In this document: positions 34,566 to 44,418 of the stretch, in pieces
Position numbering within the stretch: the first letter of the stretch is position 1
Layout of the letters: every line of letters starts with the position of its first letter
Assembly (NCBI GenBank): GCA_050010435.1
Contig: JBEKKZ010000008.1
Location: 5,511 to 69,510, forward strand
Reading direction: 5' to 3'
Length of the DNA: 64,000 bases
Source of the DNA: Verrucomicrobiota bacterium
Lineage (GTDB): Bacteria > Verrucomicrobiota > Verrucomicrobiia > Limisphaerales > UBA11358
Made by a program: the position numbers and the translations under genes
The notes under the pieces: generated by a model
Database searches by the model: none
What the model saw: only the letters and a program-made list of their open reading frames with translations
What the model was told of the DNA's origin: nothing

Positions 34566-34740
34566 GTCTTCGCTCGAAGCGCAGCGCAGGGCGAAGACTG
34601 CCGCGCCGTAGCGTGCAACGCGAAGGGGGGCTGAAGCTGTCGTTCCGTGATGCGCTTCGAGCTTCGACCTGGCAGGCCATTTATTCGCTGCTTGACCTTT
34701 TTGGACGTAATGGATTAACTGTGCGGCGTTAGGCAAATTC

Positions 34741-35769
34741 ATGTTTGCGCAATTCAAAAGCCTGTTTTCCAACGATATTGGAATAGACCTGGGCACAGCC
34801 AATTGCCTCGTCTACGTGCGGGACCGCGGAATCGTCCTGCGCGAACCTTCGGTTGTAGCCATTCAGGCGGGCACGACCAACGTGCTGGCCGTCGGTGCTG
34901 AAGCCAAACGAATGCTGGGCCGCACGCCCGGCAACATCGTGGCCATCCGGCCCATGAAAGACGGCGTGATCGCCGACTTCGAAATCACCGAGGCCATGCT
35001 CCGCCACTTCATCCAAAAGGTTCACCATCGCAAATTGATTGCGCCACGAGTCGTGGTCGCAGTGCCTTCGGGCATCACGGAAGTGGAAAAACGGGCCGTC
35101 AAAGATTCCGCCACCCACGCCGGCGCGCGGGAGGTGTATTTGATTGAGCAACCGATGGCCTCAGCCATCGGCGTCGGTTTGCCGGTGCATGAGCCGGCGG
35201 GCAACATGATCGTGGACATCGGCGGCGGGACTTGCGAAATCGCCATCATCTCCCTCGCCGGGATCGTCTTCTGCCGCAGCCTGCGGGTGGGCGGAGACGA
35301 ATTTGACGAAACGATCACTGCGCACATGAAACGCGCCTACAACATGTTGATAGGTGAACGCACCGCGGAAGAAATCAAGATACGCATCGGCTCCGCGTTT
35401 CCGTTGGAACAGGAATTGACCATGGATGTCAAAGGCCGCGACCTGGGTTCCGGCCTGCCCAAAACCTTAACCATTCGTTCCGAGGAAATTCGCGAAGCGT
35501 TGCAAGAACCGCTGTCGAGCATTTTGGAGTCCGTCCGCCTCACGCTGGAACGCTGTCCGCCCGAACTCGCCGCCGACCTTGTGGATCGCGGCCTGGTCAT
35601 GGCCGGCGGCGGCTCGCTGTTGCGCGGCATAGACCGGCTGGTGGCCGAGGAAACCGGCTTGCCGGTCCACCTCGCGGACGACCCCATGAGCGCCGTTGCC
35701 GAAGGCACCGGCCGCGTCTTGCAGGAAATCGAATTCCTCAAGCGCGTCGCGACCAACGCCAAATATTGA
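34741..35769 (+). CDS. mreB: Rod-shape-determining actin homolog MreB
   Basis: [53 protein letters not shown]. Confidence 0.97.
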   Translation: MFAQFKSLFSNDIGIDLGTANCLVYVRDRGIVLREPSVVAIQAGTTNVLAVGAEAKRMLGRTPGNIVAIRPMKDGVIADFEITEAMLRHFIQKVHHRKLIAPRVVVAVPSGITEVEKRAVKDSATHAGAREVYLIEQPMASAIGVGLPVHEPAGNMIVDIGGGTCEIAIISLAGIVFCRSLRVGGDEFDETITAHMKRAYNMLIGERTAEEIKIRIGSAFPLEQELTMDVKGRDLGSGLPKTLTIRSEEIREALQEPLSSILESVRLTLERCPPELAADLVDRGLVMAGGGSLLRGIDRLVAEETGLPVHLADDPMSAVAEGTGRVLQEIEFLKRVATNAKY

Positions 35770-35862
35770 TTTCCCGCCTTTGCGTGGCCGAAGCCCCGCC
35801 TGGCGGGGTGAAGGCCCGCGCGTTCGCCTGCGCGCCCCGACACGTTTGTCGGGAGTTGCAGG

Positions 35863-36666
35863 ATGTTTAGGAAAAAAAATTATCTCGCGCTTGGCGCGGT
35901 GACGCTGCTGGCACTGCTGATTTTCAGCCTGCCGCCGCGCGTGACCGCCCATCTCAAGCTCACCATCGGCAGTTTGTTTTTGCCGCTGTTCGGGCTGGCC
36001 AACACCAGCCAACAACTTCCCGCCGATTTGGCCGACAGCGTCCTGCCCCGGCGCGAATTGTTCCAACAAATTGACCGGCTTCGGCGGGAAAATGAACAGT
36101 TCAAGGCCCAGGCCATCCAGACTGCCGCCATCGCGCGCGAAAACGACCAGCTCCGTTCGCTGTTCGGCTGGCAGCAGCAGGCGCCGTGGAAACTCAAACT
36201 CGCCAACGTCGTCATGCGTGACCCGGCCAATTGGTGGCGCACCGTGCAGATTGACCTCGGCAGCCGCGACGGGCTCCGGGAAAATTTGCCCGTGCTCACC
36301 GCCGAAGGTCTGGTCGGCCGCGTCTCATCCGTCGGTCTCACGCGCTCGCAAGTTGTTTTGATGGGCGACCCGAATTGCCACGTCTCCGCGCTCGTTGAAA
36401 ATCCGGCGCACGACATGGGCATCGTCAGCGCGAGCGGCCCGCTGGATACTTCGCTCGTGGATTTGACCTATCTTTCCGGCAGCGCCAGTTTGAAACCCGG
36501 CCAGAACGTCATCACCAGCGGCCTCGGCGGCGTTTTTCCCAAAGGCATTCCTGTCGGCCAGGTGGTGGATTCGCGCCCGGTTGAATTTGGCCTTTACACC
36601 GAGGCGCGTGTGAAACTTTCGGCGAATCTCGGAGCGCTCGAACAAGTCTGGGTTTTGTTTCCATGA
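35863..36666 (+). CDS. mreC: Rod-shape-determining protein MreC
   Basis: Follows mreB. N-terminal TM, a coiled-coil (RLRRENEQFKAQ), and VLTAEGLVGRVSSV and VITSGLGGVFPKGIPVG motifs. Confidence 0.9.
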   Translation: MFRKKNYLALGAVTLLALLIFSLPPRVTAHLKLTIGSLFLPLFGLANTSQQLPADLADSVLPRRELFQQIDRLRRENEQFKAQAIQTAAIARENDQLRSLFGWQQQAPWKLKLANVVMRDPANWWRTVQIDLGSRDGLRENLPVLTAEGLVGRVSSVGLTRSQVVLMGDPNCHVSALVENPAHDMGIVSASGPLDTSLVDLTYLSGSASLKPGQNVITSGLGGVFPKGIPVGQVVDSRPVEFGLYTEARVKLSANLGALEQVWVLFP

Positions 36667-36675
36667 AAAATCAAT

Positions 36676-36747
36676 CGAGAGTCGAACGTCGAGAGTCGAG
36701 AGCCAAAACGCTCTTGCGCCCTCGACTTTCGTCTCTCGACCCTCGAC
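36676..36747. repeat. REP-like hairpin (cgagagtcgag type) between mreC and mreD
   Basis: The left arm cgagagtcgaacgtcgagagtcgagag is opposed to ctcgactttcgtctctcgaccctcgac. It ends 5 nt before the mreD start. Confidence 0.7.
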
Positions 36748-36751
36748 CCAA

Positions 36752-37306
36752 TTGATGAACGTGTTTCGGACCATTCTGATTCTGGCCGCCGCGTTTCTAG
36801 CGGTGTTTGGCGAAGCAACGCTTCCCGTCCTGCACCGCTGGCTCGGCGCGCAGGTGGATTTGCTGCCGGTGCTGATGGTTTATGCAGCGTTGAACGAGGA
36901 CATCGCAACGGTCTCATTGCTCGCCGTGCTGGGCGGTTTATGGTTCGACGCGCTGTCGGCCAATCCGCTCGGGATCAGCATCCTGCCGCTTTTTGCCGTC
37001 GGATTCGTGATTTATCTGCGGCGCGACTTGATTTTGCGCGAGCTGTCGTTCGCGCAACTCGTCCTCGGCACCATGGCCAGCGCCATCGTGCCGGTGCTGT
37101 CCATTTTGCTTTTGTTGACCGCCGGGAAACAACCCCTGCTGGGCTGGGGTTCGATCTGGCAATGGCTGGTGATGACCGCGGGCGGCGCGGCGGCGACGCC
37201 GTTTGTTTTTGCGCTGTTCAATTGGTGCAATCGCTCGCTCGGCTATCAGCCGAGAATTGAACCTGGTTTCCGTCCCGACCGGGAAATCCGTCGGGGAAGA
37301 ATATGA
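36752..37306 (+). CDS. mreD: Rod-shape-determining protein MreD
   Basis: Position after mreC. A small, very hydrophobic multi-TM protein. Confidence 0.8.
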   Translation: MMNVFRTILILAAAFLAVFGEATLPVLHRWLGAQVDLLPVLMVYAALNEDIATVSLLAVLGGLWFDALSANPLGISILPLFAVGFVIYLRRDLILRELSFAQLVLGTMASAIVPVLSILLLLTAGKQPLLGWGSIWQWLVMTAGGAAATPFVFALFNWCNRSLGYQPRIEPGFRPDREIRRGRI

Positions 37307-37332
37307 ATATGAAACACGGAATAACCCAAAAC

Positions 37333-37425
37333 GGAGTGATGGAGTGTTGGAGTAATGGAGTATTGGAAGCCAGCCTCTGGTGTCTTTCCCATCTCTCCAT
37401 CACTCCATTGCTCCATCATCCCATT
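37333..37425. repeat. REP-like hairpin (ggagtgatggag type) between mreD and mrdA
   Basis: ggagtgatggag (37333-37344) is the exact reverse complement of ctccatcactcc (37395-37406). Flanked by further ggagt/ctcca units. Confidence 0.75.
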
Positions 37426-37433
37426 CCGTTCCC

Positions 37434-39428
37434 ATGCTGATTTTTGACGAACTGAAAAAGAACGATCCGCAGCTCCGCCTCCTGGCGGTGGCGCTGGCGG
37501 GCGGCCTGTTTGTTTTACTGGCCGGCCTGTGGTGGGTGCAGGTCGTTTCCGCGCGCAAATATGAAAGCCATTTGGAGACGCAGTCGTATCGCACCGTCCG
37601 CATCCCTGCTGTGCGCGGGAAAATTCTCGACCGCAACGGCCGGGTGCTGGCTGAAAATCGTCCGCGCTACAGCCTCAGCCTTTACCTCGATGATTTGCGC
37701 CGGCAATTCGACGCCGCTTACGGTGCGGCCATCGCGCAGGCGCGGGCCGGCCAGAAACAGCGCATTGCCGCGCAGGAGAAACAACTTGGCCGGTCGCTGA
37801 CCAAAGCCGAACGAAAGCAATTCTCGCTCGCGACCGATCAATTGAAACAGCTTCGTGAACAAACGCGTTTTCAAGTGGCGGACAGCGTGGTGGAACAGGT
37901 CGGCCAGCGGCTCGGCCAGCCGCTGGTGCTCGATCCGGCGACGTTCAAACGCCACTACGATACGCGGCTCGCGCTGCCGTATCCGTTGCTGCCCAATCTC
38001 AATGAGATGCAAATCGCGCGCTTTGAGGAGCAATATCCCGGCGGCCTGGGCGTGGATTTGGACTTGCAGCCTGTTCGCTCTTATCCGTTTGGCACAACGG
38101 CGGCGCATTTGCTCGGTTATGTGCTGCGCGATGACAGTTCGTCAGAGGGCGAAGACGCCTTTTTCTCGTATCGGCTGCCGGATTATCGCGGCGCGGTCGG
38201 CATCGAAGCCGGGTTCGACGCGCAATTGCACGGACGCGCGGGCGCGGAGGCCGTGCTCGTCAACAATCTCGGCTATCGCCAGACCGAAAACGTGTGGAGC
38301 CAGCCGGAACCGGGCCACAACGTCGTGCTGACACTTGACCTCGACATCCAGCAGGCGGCGGAACGTTCGCTGGCGGCGCATCGGGGCGCGGACGCGCGCG
38401 CGGCGATCGTCGTGATGGATGTGCGCTCGGGGGACGTGCTGGCGATGGTTTCGTCGCCGGCCATCAACCCGGATTATTCCTCCAACGAACCGGCGTGGAT
38501 GAACGATCCGAAATTGCGTCCGCAATCCAATCGCGCGACTTATGAAAATTACGCGCCCGGCTCGATTTTCAAACCCATCGTCGGGCTGGCCGCCCTCCAG
38601 GCCGGCTTGGATCCGGACGCTCTTGTTGACAATCCGGGTTATGTCTATGTCGGGCGGCGGCACATCGCGGATCTGGCACCGCCGGGCCAATACAATCTCC
38701 GGCGCGCCATCATTTTCTCCAGCAATACCTATTTCATCACCGTCGGCCTGCGCACGGGAATTGAGAATGTAGTTCGCATGGCCGAGAAATTTCATTTTGG
38801 CGAACGCACCGGCCTGCCGACGCGGCAAGAGACGAAGGGTATTTTCCCGACGTTGAAGCAGGTGCAAAGCCCTGACTGGCGTGATGGCGACTCGGCAAAC
38901 ATTTGTTTCGGGCAGGGTGAAATGGCCGTGACGCCGATGCAAATGGCCGTCGCGTATGCGGCCATCGCCAACGGCGGCACGGTTCTCTGGCCGCGGCTGG
39001 TCGAGCGCATCGAGCCGCAGGACCCGGCTTCCGGCGAAGCCATGACCAATTTCTCGACCGGCCTCGTGCGAGATCATCTCGGCGTCAGCGCCCGTAATTT
39101 GAAAATTTTGCGCGACGCGATGCTGGCGGAAACCGTAGAAGGCACCGGGCAGGCCGCACAAGTGCCCGGTCTACAGATTTGCGGGAAGACCGGCACGGGA
39201 CAGGTAATGAACTCGCGGAACCAGGAGATTGACCGCACCACCTGGTTTGCCTCGTTTGCGCCGTATGAAAATCCGCGCTACGCCGTCGTGGTCATGGTCG
39301 AAAGCGGCACTTATGGCGGCCCGACCTGCGCGCCAATCGCGCATGACATTTACGAGGCAATTTTGAAAAGCGAAGAGCCGGACGCACCCGGCCTGGCGGC
39401 GGCGCGCCGCGAAGGACCGGCGAATTAA
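37434..39428 (+). CDS. mrdA: Penicillin-binding protein 2 (elongasome transpeptidase)
   Basis: ORF trimmed to ATG 37434 (MLIFDELKK + TM). Has RGKILDRNG, the active-site context PGSIFKP (SxxK), SSN, and KTGTGQ (KTG). Confidence 0.93.
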   Translation: MLIFDELKKNDPQLRLLAVALAGGLFVLLAGLWWVQVVSARKYESHLETQSYRTVRIPAVRGKILDRNGRVLAENRPRYSLSLYLDDLRRQFDAAYGAAIAQARAGQKQRIAAQEKQLGRSLTKAERKQFSLATDQLKQLREQTRFQVADSVVEQVGQRLGQPLVLDPATFKRHYDTRLALPYPLLPNLNEMQIARFEEQYPGGLGVDLDLQPVRSYPFGTTAAHLLGYVLRDDSSSEGEDAFFSYRLPDYRGAVGIEAGFDAQLHGRAGAEAVLVNNLGYRQTENVWSQPEPGHNVVLTLDLDIQQAAERSLAAHRGADARAAIVVMDVRSGDVLAMVSSPAINPDYSSNEPAWMNDPKLRPQSNRATYENYAPGSIFKPIVGLAALQAGLDPDALVDNPGYVYVGRRHIADLAPPGQYNLRRAIIFSSNTYFITVGLRTGIENVVRMAEKFHFGERTGLPTRQETKGIFPTLKQVQSPDWRDGDSANICFGQGEMAVTPMQMAVAYAAIANGGTVLWPRLVERIEPQDPASGEAMTNFSTGLVRDHLGVSARNLKILRDAMLAETVEGTGQAAQVPGLQICGKTGTGQVMNSRNQEIDRTTWFASFAPYENPRYAVVVMVESGTYGGPTCAPIAHDIYEAILKSEEPDAPGLAAARREGPAN

Positions 39429-39429
39429 A

Positions 39430-40650
39430 ATGATCAACGTTCCCATCAACGAACCGCACCGAAAGATCGACCGGTTGCAACTGGCCGTGCTGGCCGGTTT
39501 GATGCTGATTGGCACGGCGTTCGTTTACAGCGCCACGATGGCGAATGCAACGGCGACGACGCTGCCGTGGTATGACCAAAGCTGGGTGCGGCAGATCGTC
39601 TGGTATGCGCTCGGCATCGGCGCGGGCGCGGCGTTATGTCTGGTGGACTATCACACGCTGTCGCGCTGGTCGTTTGTGGCGTATTGGGCGACGATCTTTT
39701 GCCTGGTCGCCGTGATGATTCCGCACATCGGCTCGATGCGCTTTGGCGCGCGGCGGTGGATTGATCTGGGATTTTTCCAATTTCAACCGAGTGAATTCGC
39801 CAAGCTCGCGTTCATTCTGGCGATGGCGCATTTCTTGAGCCGGCCGGAGGATGAATTGCGGCAGCCGTCAATTTTCTGGAAAGGCATCGGGCTTTTGTTG
39901 CTGCCGTTCGCGCTGATTTTGAAGGAACCGGATTTGGGTTCGGCACTCGTATTATTGCCAACGGGTTTGGTAATGATGTTCGTTGCCGGCACGCCCAAAG
40001 AATATCTGCTACAGCTGGTCGGCGCGGTTGGCTTGCTGGCCGCGCTATTTTTGGCGGACATGCTGTTCATGCCGCCGGGCTGGTGGCAGATTTCGATGCA
40101 GCCGTATCAGCGCGACCGGCTGCTGGTTTATTTTGGACGGGATTACACCCATTTTGCTCCGCCGAATGCCACACCGGCGGAGTTGCAACGCCTGCGACAA
40201 CAACAACTGGACGATGAATATAATGTCCGGCAGGCGCTGATTTCCGTCGGCTCCGGCGGGCTGGCGGGCAAAGGCTGGCGGCAGGGCACCCAGAACGCCC
40301 TCGGTTATTTGCCGCGAGCAGTGGCTCATAACGACTTCATTTTCTCCGTGATTGCCGAGGAGGAAGGATTCGTCGGCAGCGTGATGGTGATCGCGCTGTA
40401 TGCGGTGATTCTCTTCACGGGATTGAGAATCGCCGGCCAGGCGCGCGACCGCCTGGGCAAACTCGTGGCGGTGGGCGTCGTGACGCTCATTTTCAGCCAC
40501 GTCTTCATCAATATCGGCATGAACATTCGCATCATGCCCGTGACGGGCGTCCCACTGCCGCTGCTTTCCTACGGCGGGTCTTCAGTGCTGTGCTCGTTGA
40601 TCGCACTGGGCTTGATGCAAAACATATACATCCATCGAAAAGGATACTGA
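39430..40650 (+). CDS. rodA: Rod-shape peptidoglycan glycosyltransferase RodA (SEDS family)
   Basis: Directly follows mrdA. SEDS motifs FQPSEFAKL, DFIFSVIAEEEGFVG, PVTGVPLPLLSYGGSS. Confidence 0.93.
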   Translation: MINVPINEPHRKIDRLQLAVLAGLMLIGTAFVYSATMANATATTLPWYDQSWVRQIVWYALGIGAGAALCLVDYHTLSRWSFVAYWATIFCLVAVMIPHIGSMRFGARRWIDLGFFQFQPSEFAKLAFILAMAHFLSRPEDELRQPSIFWKGIGLLLLPFALILKEPDLGSALVLLPTGLVMMFVAGTPKEYLLQLVGAVGLLAALFLADMLFMPPGWWQISMQPYQRDRLLVYFGRDYTHFAPPNATPAELQRLRQQQLDDEYNVRQALISVGSGGLAGKGWRQGTQNALGYLPRAVAHNDFIFSVIAEEEGFVGSVMVIALYAVILFTGLRIAGQARDRLGKLVAVGVVTLIFSHVFINIGMNIRIMPVTGVPLPLLSYGGSSVLCSLIALGLMQNIYIHRKGY

Positions 40651-40652
40651 CT

Positions 40653-42629
40653 ATGAGTAATAACAATTTTTCACGGCGGCGCCGCGGAATGCGTTTCCGC
40701 CCCAAAGGTGGCTTCGGCCAGACCCAGCAAAAACCCGACCGCGAAGCCGTCCAGGCTCGCGCCGACGTGGTGACGGAGCAGGGCGGTGCGGAGCACGTGT
40801 TCGAAAAACGGCACACGAACGAAATCGAGCGCGCCGAAAACATCGCCGCCGGCCTGCCGCCGCAGGGAGCGCCGGAAAACAAAACGCCGGATTCCGGCGC
40901 GGACAAAAAAGAATTCCGCGAGTCAAAGATCAAAACTCCGGCCCCCGTGGAGGAGGAAAAACCCTTCGTGCCGGTGCCCGTGGCGGAACAGCCCAAAGGC
41001 ATTTTGGACACCATCAAATTCGCCGCGACCAATCTCGTGAAGAAGGTTCAGCGGCTCATCCGGCCGGAGAAGAAAACTCACAAGGAAGTCGTCATCAACG
41101 CCGAGACGCTCGAAACGCGCGTCGCCGTGCTCGAAGACGGACGGTTGGAGGAATTCAACATCGAACGCACCACGGAGGAACGCCTCGTCGGCAGCATTTT
41201 CAAGGGCAAGGTGCGCAACCTCGAAGACGGCCTCAAAGCCGCATTCGTGGACATCGGCTTCGAGAAAAATGCGTTCCTGCATTATTGGGACATCGTGCCG
41301 AACCAGTTCGACAGTGGCGTGGAAATCGTCGAACGTCCCGCAGGGCGGGACCGCCGGCCGGCCCGGCCAAAGATCACGCAAAAGGACATCCCGCGGCTTT
41401 ACCCGCCGGGCAGTGAAATCATCGTGCAAGTCACGAAAGGTCCGATTGGCACGAAAGGCCCGCGCATCACGACCAACCTGGTTTTACCGGGACGTTATCT
41501 GGTGCTGCTGCCGAATGCGGATCAAAGCGGCATTTCGCGCAAAATTGAAAACCAGGAGGAACGCAAGCGGCTGAAAAAAATCCTGCGCGAACTGGCGATT
41601 CCCGATGGCATGGGCGTCATCATGCGCACCGCCGGCGAAGGCCAGCAGAAACGTTATTTCGTCCGCGACCTCGCGTTGCTGCTCGAAGAGTGGCGCGGCG
41701 TGCAGGAGCGCATGAAGAACCAGCCGCCGGCGACGTGCGTTTTCCAGGAACCGGATTTGATTGAGCGCACCGTGCGCGACTTTTTGACCGAAGACGTCGA
41801 ACGCATTGTCGTGGACAATCAAAAAGCCCACGACCGGATGCGGGAGATGGTCGCCAGGATTTCACGGCGCTCGGCCGACAAGGTAAAGCTCTACACCGAC
41901 GCCCAGCCGATTTTTGACCGGTTCAACATCAGCAAGCAATTGGAGAACGCCTTCTCGCGCCAGGTGCATTTGAAGAGCGGCGGCTACATCGTCATTGACG
42001 AAACGGAGGCGCTGGTGGCGATTGACGTGAACACGGGCCGGCACAAGGGCAGCCGCGACCAGGAAGCCACGATCCTGAAGGTGAACCTCGAAGCCGCCGA
42101 GGAAATTTGCCGCCAACTCCGGCTGCGCAACATGGGCGGACTCATCGTGCTCGATTTCATTGACATGAAGTCGCGCCGCGACCAGCAGTCCGTGTATCAG
42201 CGCGTCAAGGAAGGTCTGCGCCGCGACAAGGCCAAGACCCACATCCTGCCCATTTCGCAGCTCGGCTTGATGGAAATGACGCGCCAGCGCCACACCGAAA
42301 GCGTGCGGTCGGCGGTGTATGACGATTGCCCGTACTGCAAAGGCCGTGGCAAGGTGAAAAGCACGTTGACGATGAGCGTGGAAATCCAGCGCAAGCTGCA
42401 GGAGATTTTGAAAACGCGCGAGCGCGATGAGTCGGATTTTCAACTGCGCATCGTGGTGAATCCGACCGTGCTGGAACGGCTCCGCACCGAGGACGAAAAA
42501 CATCTCATCGAGATGGAAAAACGCTACTTCGGCAAGCTGTCATTCCGCGCCGACACCGGCATGCACGCCGAACAGTTCAAGATTGTGAACGTTGAAAACA
42601 ACGAGGAACTGGCGAGCGTCGGCGCTTGA
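40653..42629 (+). CDS. rng: RNase E/G family ribonuclease (Rng-like) with a ~170-aa low-complexity N-terminal extension
   Basis: ORF trimmed to ATG 40653. S1 domain GSIFKGKVRNLEDGLKAAFVDIG. Catalytic core VIDETEALVAIDVNTG and NMGGLIVLDFIDM. CPYCKGRG zinc link. Positioned after the mre/mrd genes, as in E. coli. Confidence 0.88.
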   Translation: MSNNNFSRRRRGMRFRPKGGFGQTQQKPDREAVQARADVVTEQGGAEHVFEKRHTNEIERAENIAAGLPPQGAPENKTPDSGADKKEFRESKIKTPAPVEEEKPFVPVPVAEQPKGILDTIKFAATNLVKKVQRLIRPEKKTHKEVVINAETLETRVAVLEDGRLEEFNIERTTEERLVGSIFKGKVRNLEDGLKAAFVDIGFEKNAFLHYWDIVPNQFDSGVEIVERPAGRDRRPARPKITQKDIPRLYPPGSEIIVQVTKGPIGTKGPRITTNLVLPGRYLVLLPNADQSGISRKIENQEERKRLKKILRELAIPDGMGVIMRTAGEGQQKRYFVRDLALLLEEWRGVQERMKNQPPATCVFQEPDLIERTVRDFLTEDVERIVVDNQKAHDRMREMVARISRRSADKVKLYTDAQPIFDRFNISKQLENAFSRQVHLKSGGYIVIDETEALVAIDVNTGRHKGSRDQEATILKVNLEAAEEICRQLRLRNMGGLIVLDFIDMKSRRDQQSVYQRVKEGLRRDKAKTHILPISQLGLMEMTRQRHTESVRSAVYDDCPYCKGRGKVKSTLTMSVEIQRKLQEILKTRERDESDFQLRIVVNPTVLERLRTEDEKHLIEMEKRYFGKLSFRADTGMHAEQFKIVNVENNEELASVGA

Positions 42630-42680
42630 AATTCCGTTAAACAAAAACGCCCTGCGCCAAAACGCGGGGCGTTTTCTTTT

Positions 42681-43343
42681 TTACAATTTTCCCTTGGTGC
42701 TCGGCAATTGGCCGGCAATGCGCGGGTCGCGCCGGCACGCCGCGTCCGTGGCGCGGGCAAACGCCTTGAACAGCGCCTCGACGATGTGATGCGGCTCGTC
42801 GCCGTAGAGCAGTTCCAAGTGCAGGTTGCAGCGGGCTTCGTTGGCGAAGGCCTGGAAAAATTCGCGGGCGAGGCCGAACCGAAATGCGCTCGACGGGTCC
42901 TGGAATTTTTCGGATTTGGCGACGCGCTTTTGGGCAAATTCGTTCAGTCCGCGCCAGACCAGATGCGGTCGCCCGCCAAAATCAATGACGCAACGCGCGA
43001 GGCATTCGTCCATGGGCACATAAGCTTCGCCGGTGAACGGGTTTTTTGGATGAAACCCCGCTCCGTAACGGCGGATGCCCTTTTTGTCGCCGAGCGCGAG
43101 CGTGAACGCCTGGCCGAGCGCGATGCCGCAATCCTCGACCGTGTGATGGGCGTCCACTTCCAAATCGCCGCGGCAGCGCAAATGCAAATCCACCGTCGCG
43201 TGCTTCGCGAAGAGCGTGAGCATGTGGTCGAAGAATGGGATGCCGGTTTTGACCGAGGATTTTCCCCTGCCGTCGAGGTTGAGGGTGACGGCGATGCGGG
43301 TTTCCCTGGTGTTGCGCGAGATTTTTGCCTGCCGGGCTTTCAT
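42681..43343 (-). CDS. hisB: Imidazoleglycerol-phosphate dehydratase
   Basis: ORF trimmed to ATG 43343 (MKARQAKISRNTRETRIAVTLNLDG). Has DAHHTVEDCGIALG and HHIVEALFKAFARA. Confidence 0.93.
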   Translation of the reverse strand: MKARQAKISRNTRETRIAVTLNLDGRGKSSVKTGIPFFDHMLTLFAKHATVDLHLRCRGDLEVDAHHTVEDCGIALGQAFTLALGDKKGIRRYGAGFHPKNPFTGEAYVPMDECLARCVIDFGGRPHLVWRGLNEFAQKRVAKSEKFQDPSSAFRFGLAREFFQAFANEARCNLHLELLYGDEPHHIVEALFKAFARATDAACRRDPRIAGQLPSTKGKL

Positions 43344-43406
43344 GGCGGCGATTAAACCAGAGCGGCGCGCGAAAAACAAAGCGCAATCTCAACCGTAGGC
43401 GCCGGG

Positions 43407-43522
43407 GTCACGAGGCTCTGACTGAATTTACGATATGCGATATGCGATTTACGAGTCCTTCTACAATCCCCGCCCGCCGCGTAAATCGCATATCGTAAAT
43501 CGAAAATAATGAGCCTCCTGAC
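43407..43522 (+). repeat. ~115-bp MITE/REP-like element with terminal inverted repeats, copy 1
   Basis: gtcacgaggctc ... atttacgatatgcgatatgcgatttacg ... cgtaaatcgcatatcgtaaatcg ... gagcctcctgac. The second copy is at 57849-57963. Confidence 0.75.
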
Positions 43523-43554
43523 GCCGGCTCCTGCAATTTTTGGACGCGCCCTCA

Positions 43555-44418
43555 CTACGGCTGGCTGTTTGTGGGGGATGGTTGCGCCGCCATTTTCTTT
43601 TTGATTTCGTCAATCCGCTGTTGCAGGGCGTTCGGGTCCGGCGCAACTTTCTGGGCGGCTTGAAACCAATAGATGGCCTGCTGCCAGTTGCCGGCGTCCC
43701 GTTCGAGCTGGGCGAGGTGATCGGTGATTTCCTCAAAGCCGAGTTTGTTTTCCTTTTGGGTTTTGGGGTCTTGTTGCAGCCAGCGGCGGAGGGCAAGCTG
43801 CCAGACGTCGCGCGCGCGGCCGATATCGTGATCATTTTCGTCGTAAAGCCGGCCCAACTCGAACAAAATTTCGTAACTGTTCGGATTATTTCGCAATCCT
43901 TCGCGCAAAAACGCTTCGGCTTCCCGCGGCTTGTTGAGGTGCGTGCGCATAAAGAATGAACCGACGGTATAGGTATCAATCTTTTGCGGGTTCATTTCCG
44001 CCGCCAGCCGCAGCCAGGGCAAAATTTCACGTTCATTGCTGTGTTCCAGATGAGTATGTTCGGTGATGCGGAAATGGCGGCCGAACCGGTCAATCCAATC
44101 CTTCGGTTTGCCGAGAAAGTCCTCCTTTAGTTCGTCCTCCGGACTGTCGGTGTGGCCGTGGCTTTCGGCGACGATTTCCGCCGGGCCTTCTTCGCGCAGG
44201 TCGAAAACGGATGGGTAATAGCCGCTGTGATAATAAACATCCGCCATGGTGAAGAATTGGTTCGCGAACAGCTGCCGTCCGTCGCCGAGCAGCACGCTGA
44301 AAACATTGTTTGATTTGGCACGGTTGCTCTTCATTCCGGTACGGAGTTCCATGCCGGTTGCCAGCGTGAAGCACACCGTCAGCACCAGGGCCAGAACCAG
44401 ATACGGGGACGCCTTCAT
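43555..44418 (-). CDS. TPR-repeat membrane-anchored protein
   Basis: ORF trimmed to ATG 44418, which overlaps the upstream stop by 1 nt. N-terminal TM MKASPYLVLALVLTVCFTLA. C-terminal TPR-like helices. Confidence 0.65.
   Translation of the reverse strand: MKASPYLVLALVLTVCFTLATGMELRTGMKSNRAKSNNVFSVLLGDGRQLFANQFFTMADVYYHSGYYPSVFDLREEGPAEIVAESHGHTDSPEDELKEDFLGKPKDWIDRFGRHFRITEHTHLEHSNEREILPWLRLAAEMNPQKIDTYTVGSFFMRTHLNKPREAEAFLREGLRNNPNSYEILFELGRLYDENDHDIGRARDVWQLALRRWLQQDPKTQKENKLGFEEITDHLAQLERDAGNWQQAIYWFQAAQKVAPDPNALQQRIDEIKKKMAAQPSPTNSQP

Noticed and set aside
34712-34734. GATTAAC-N8-GTTAGGC just upstream of mreB, considered as a stray attC-like site.
   Set aside because: It is solitary, the boxes are only partly complementary, and it lies next to an essential core gene in normal-GC DNA. 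It is probably a chance match, but I keep it as a caveat for the integron interpretation.
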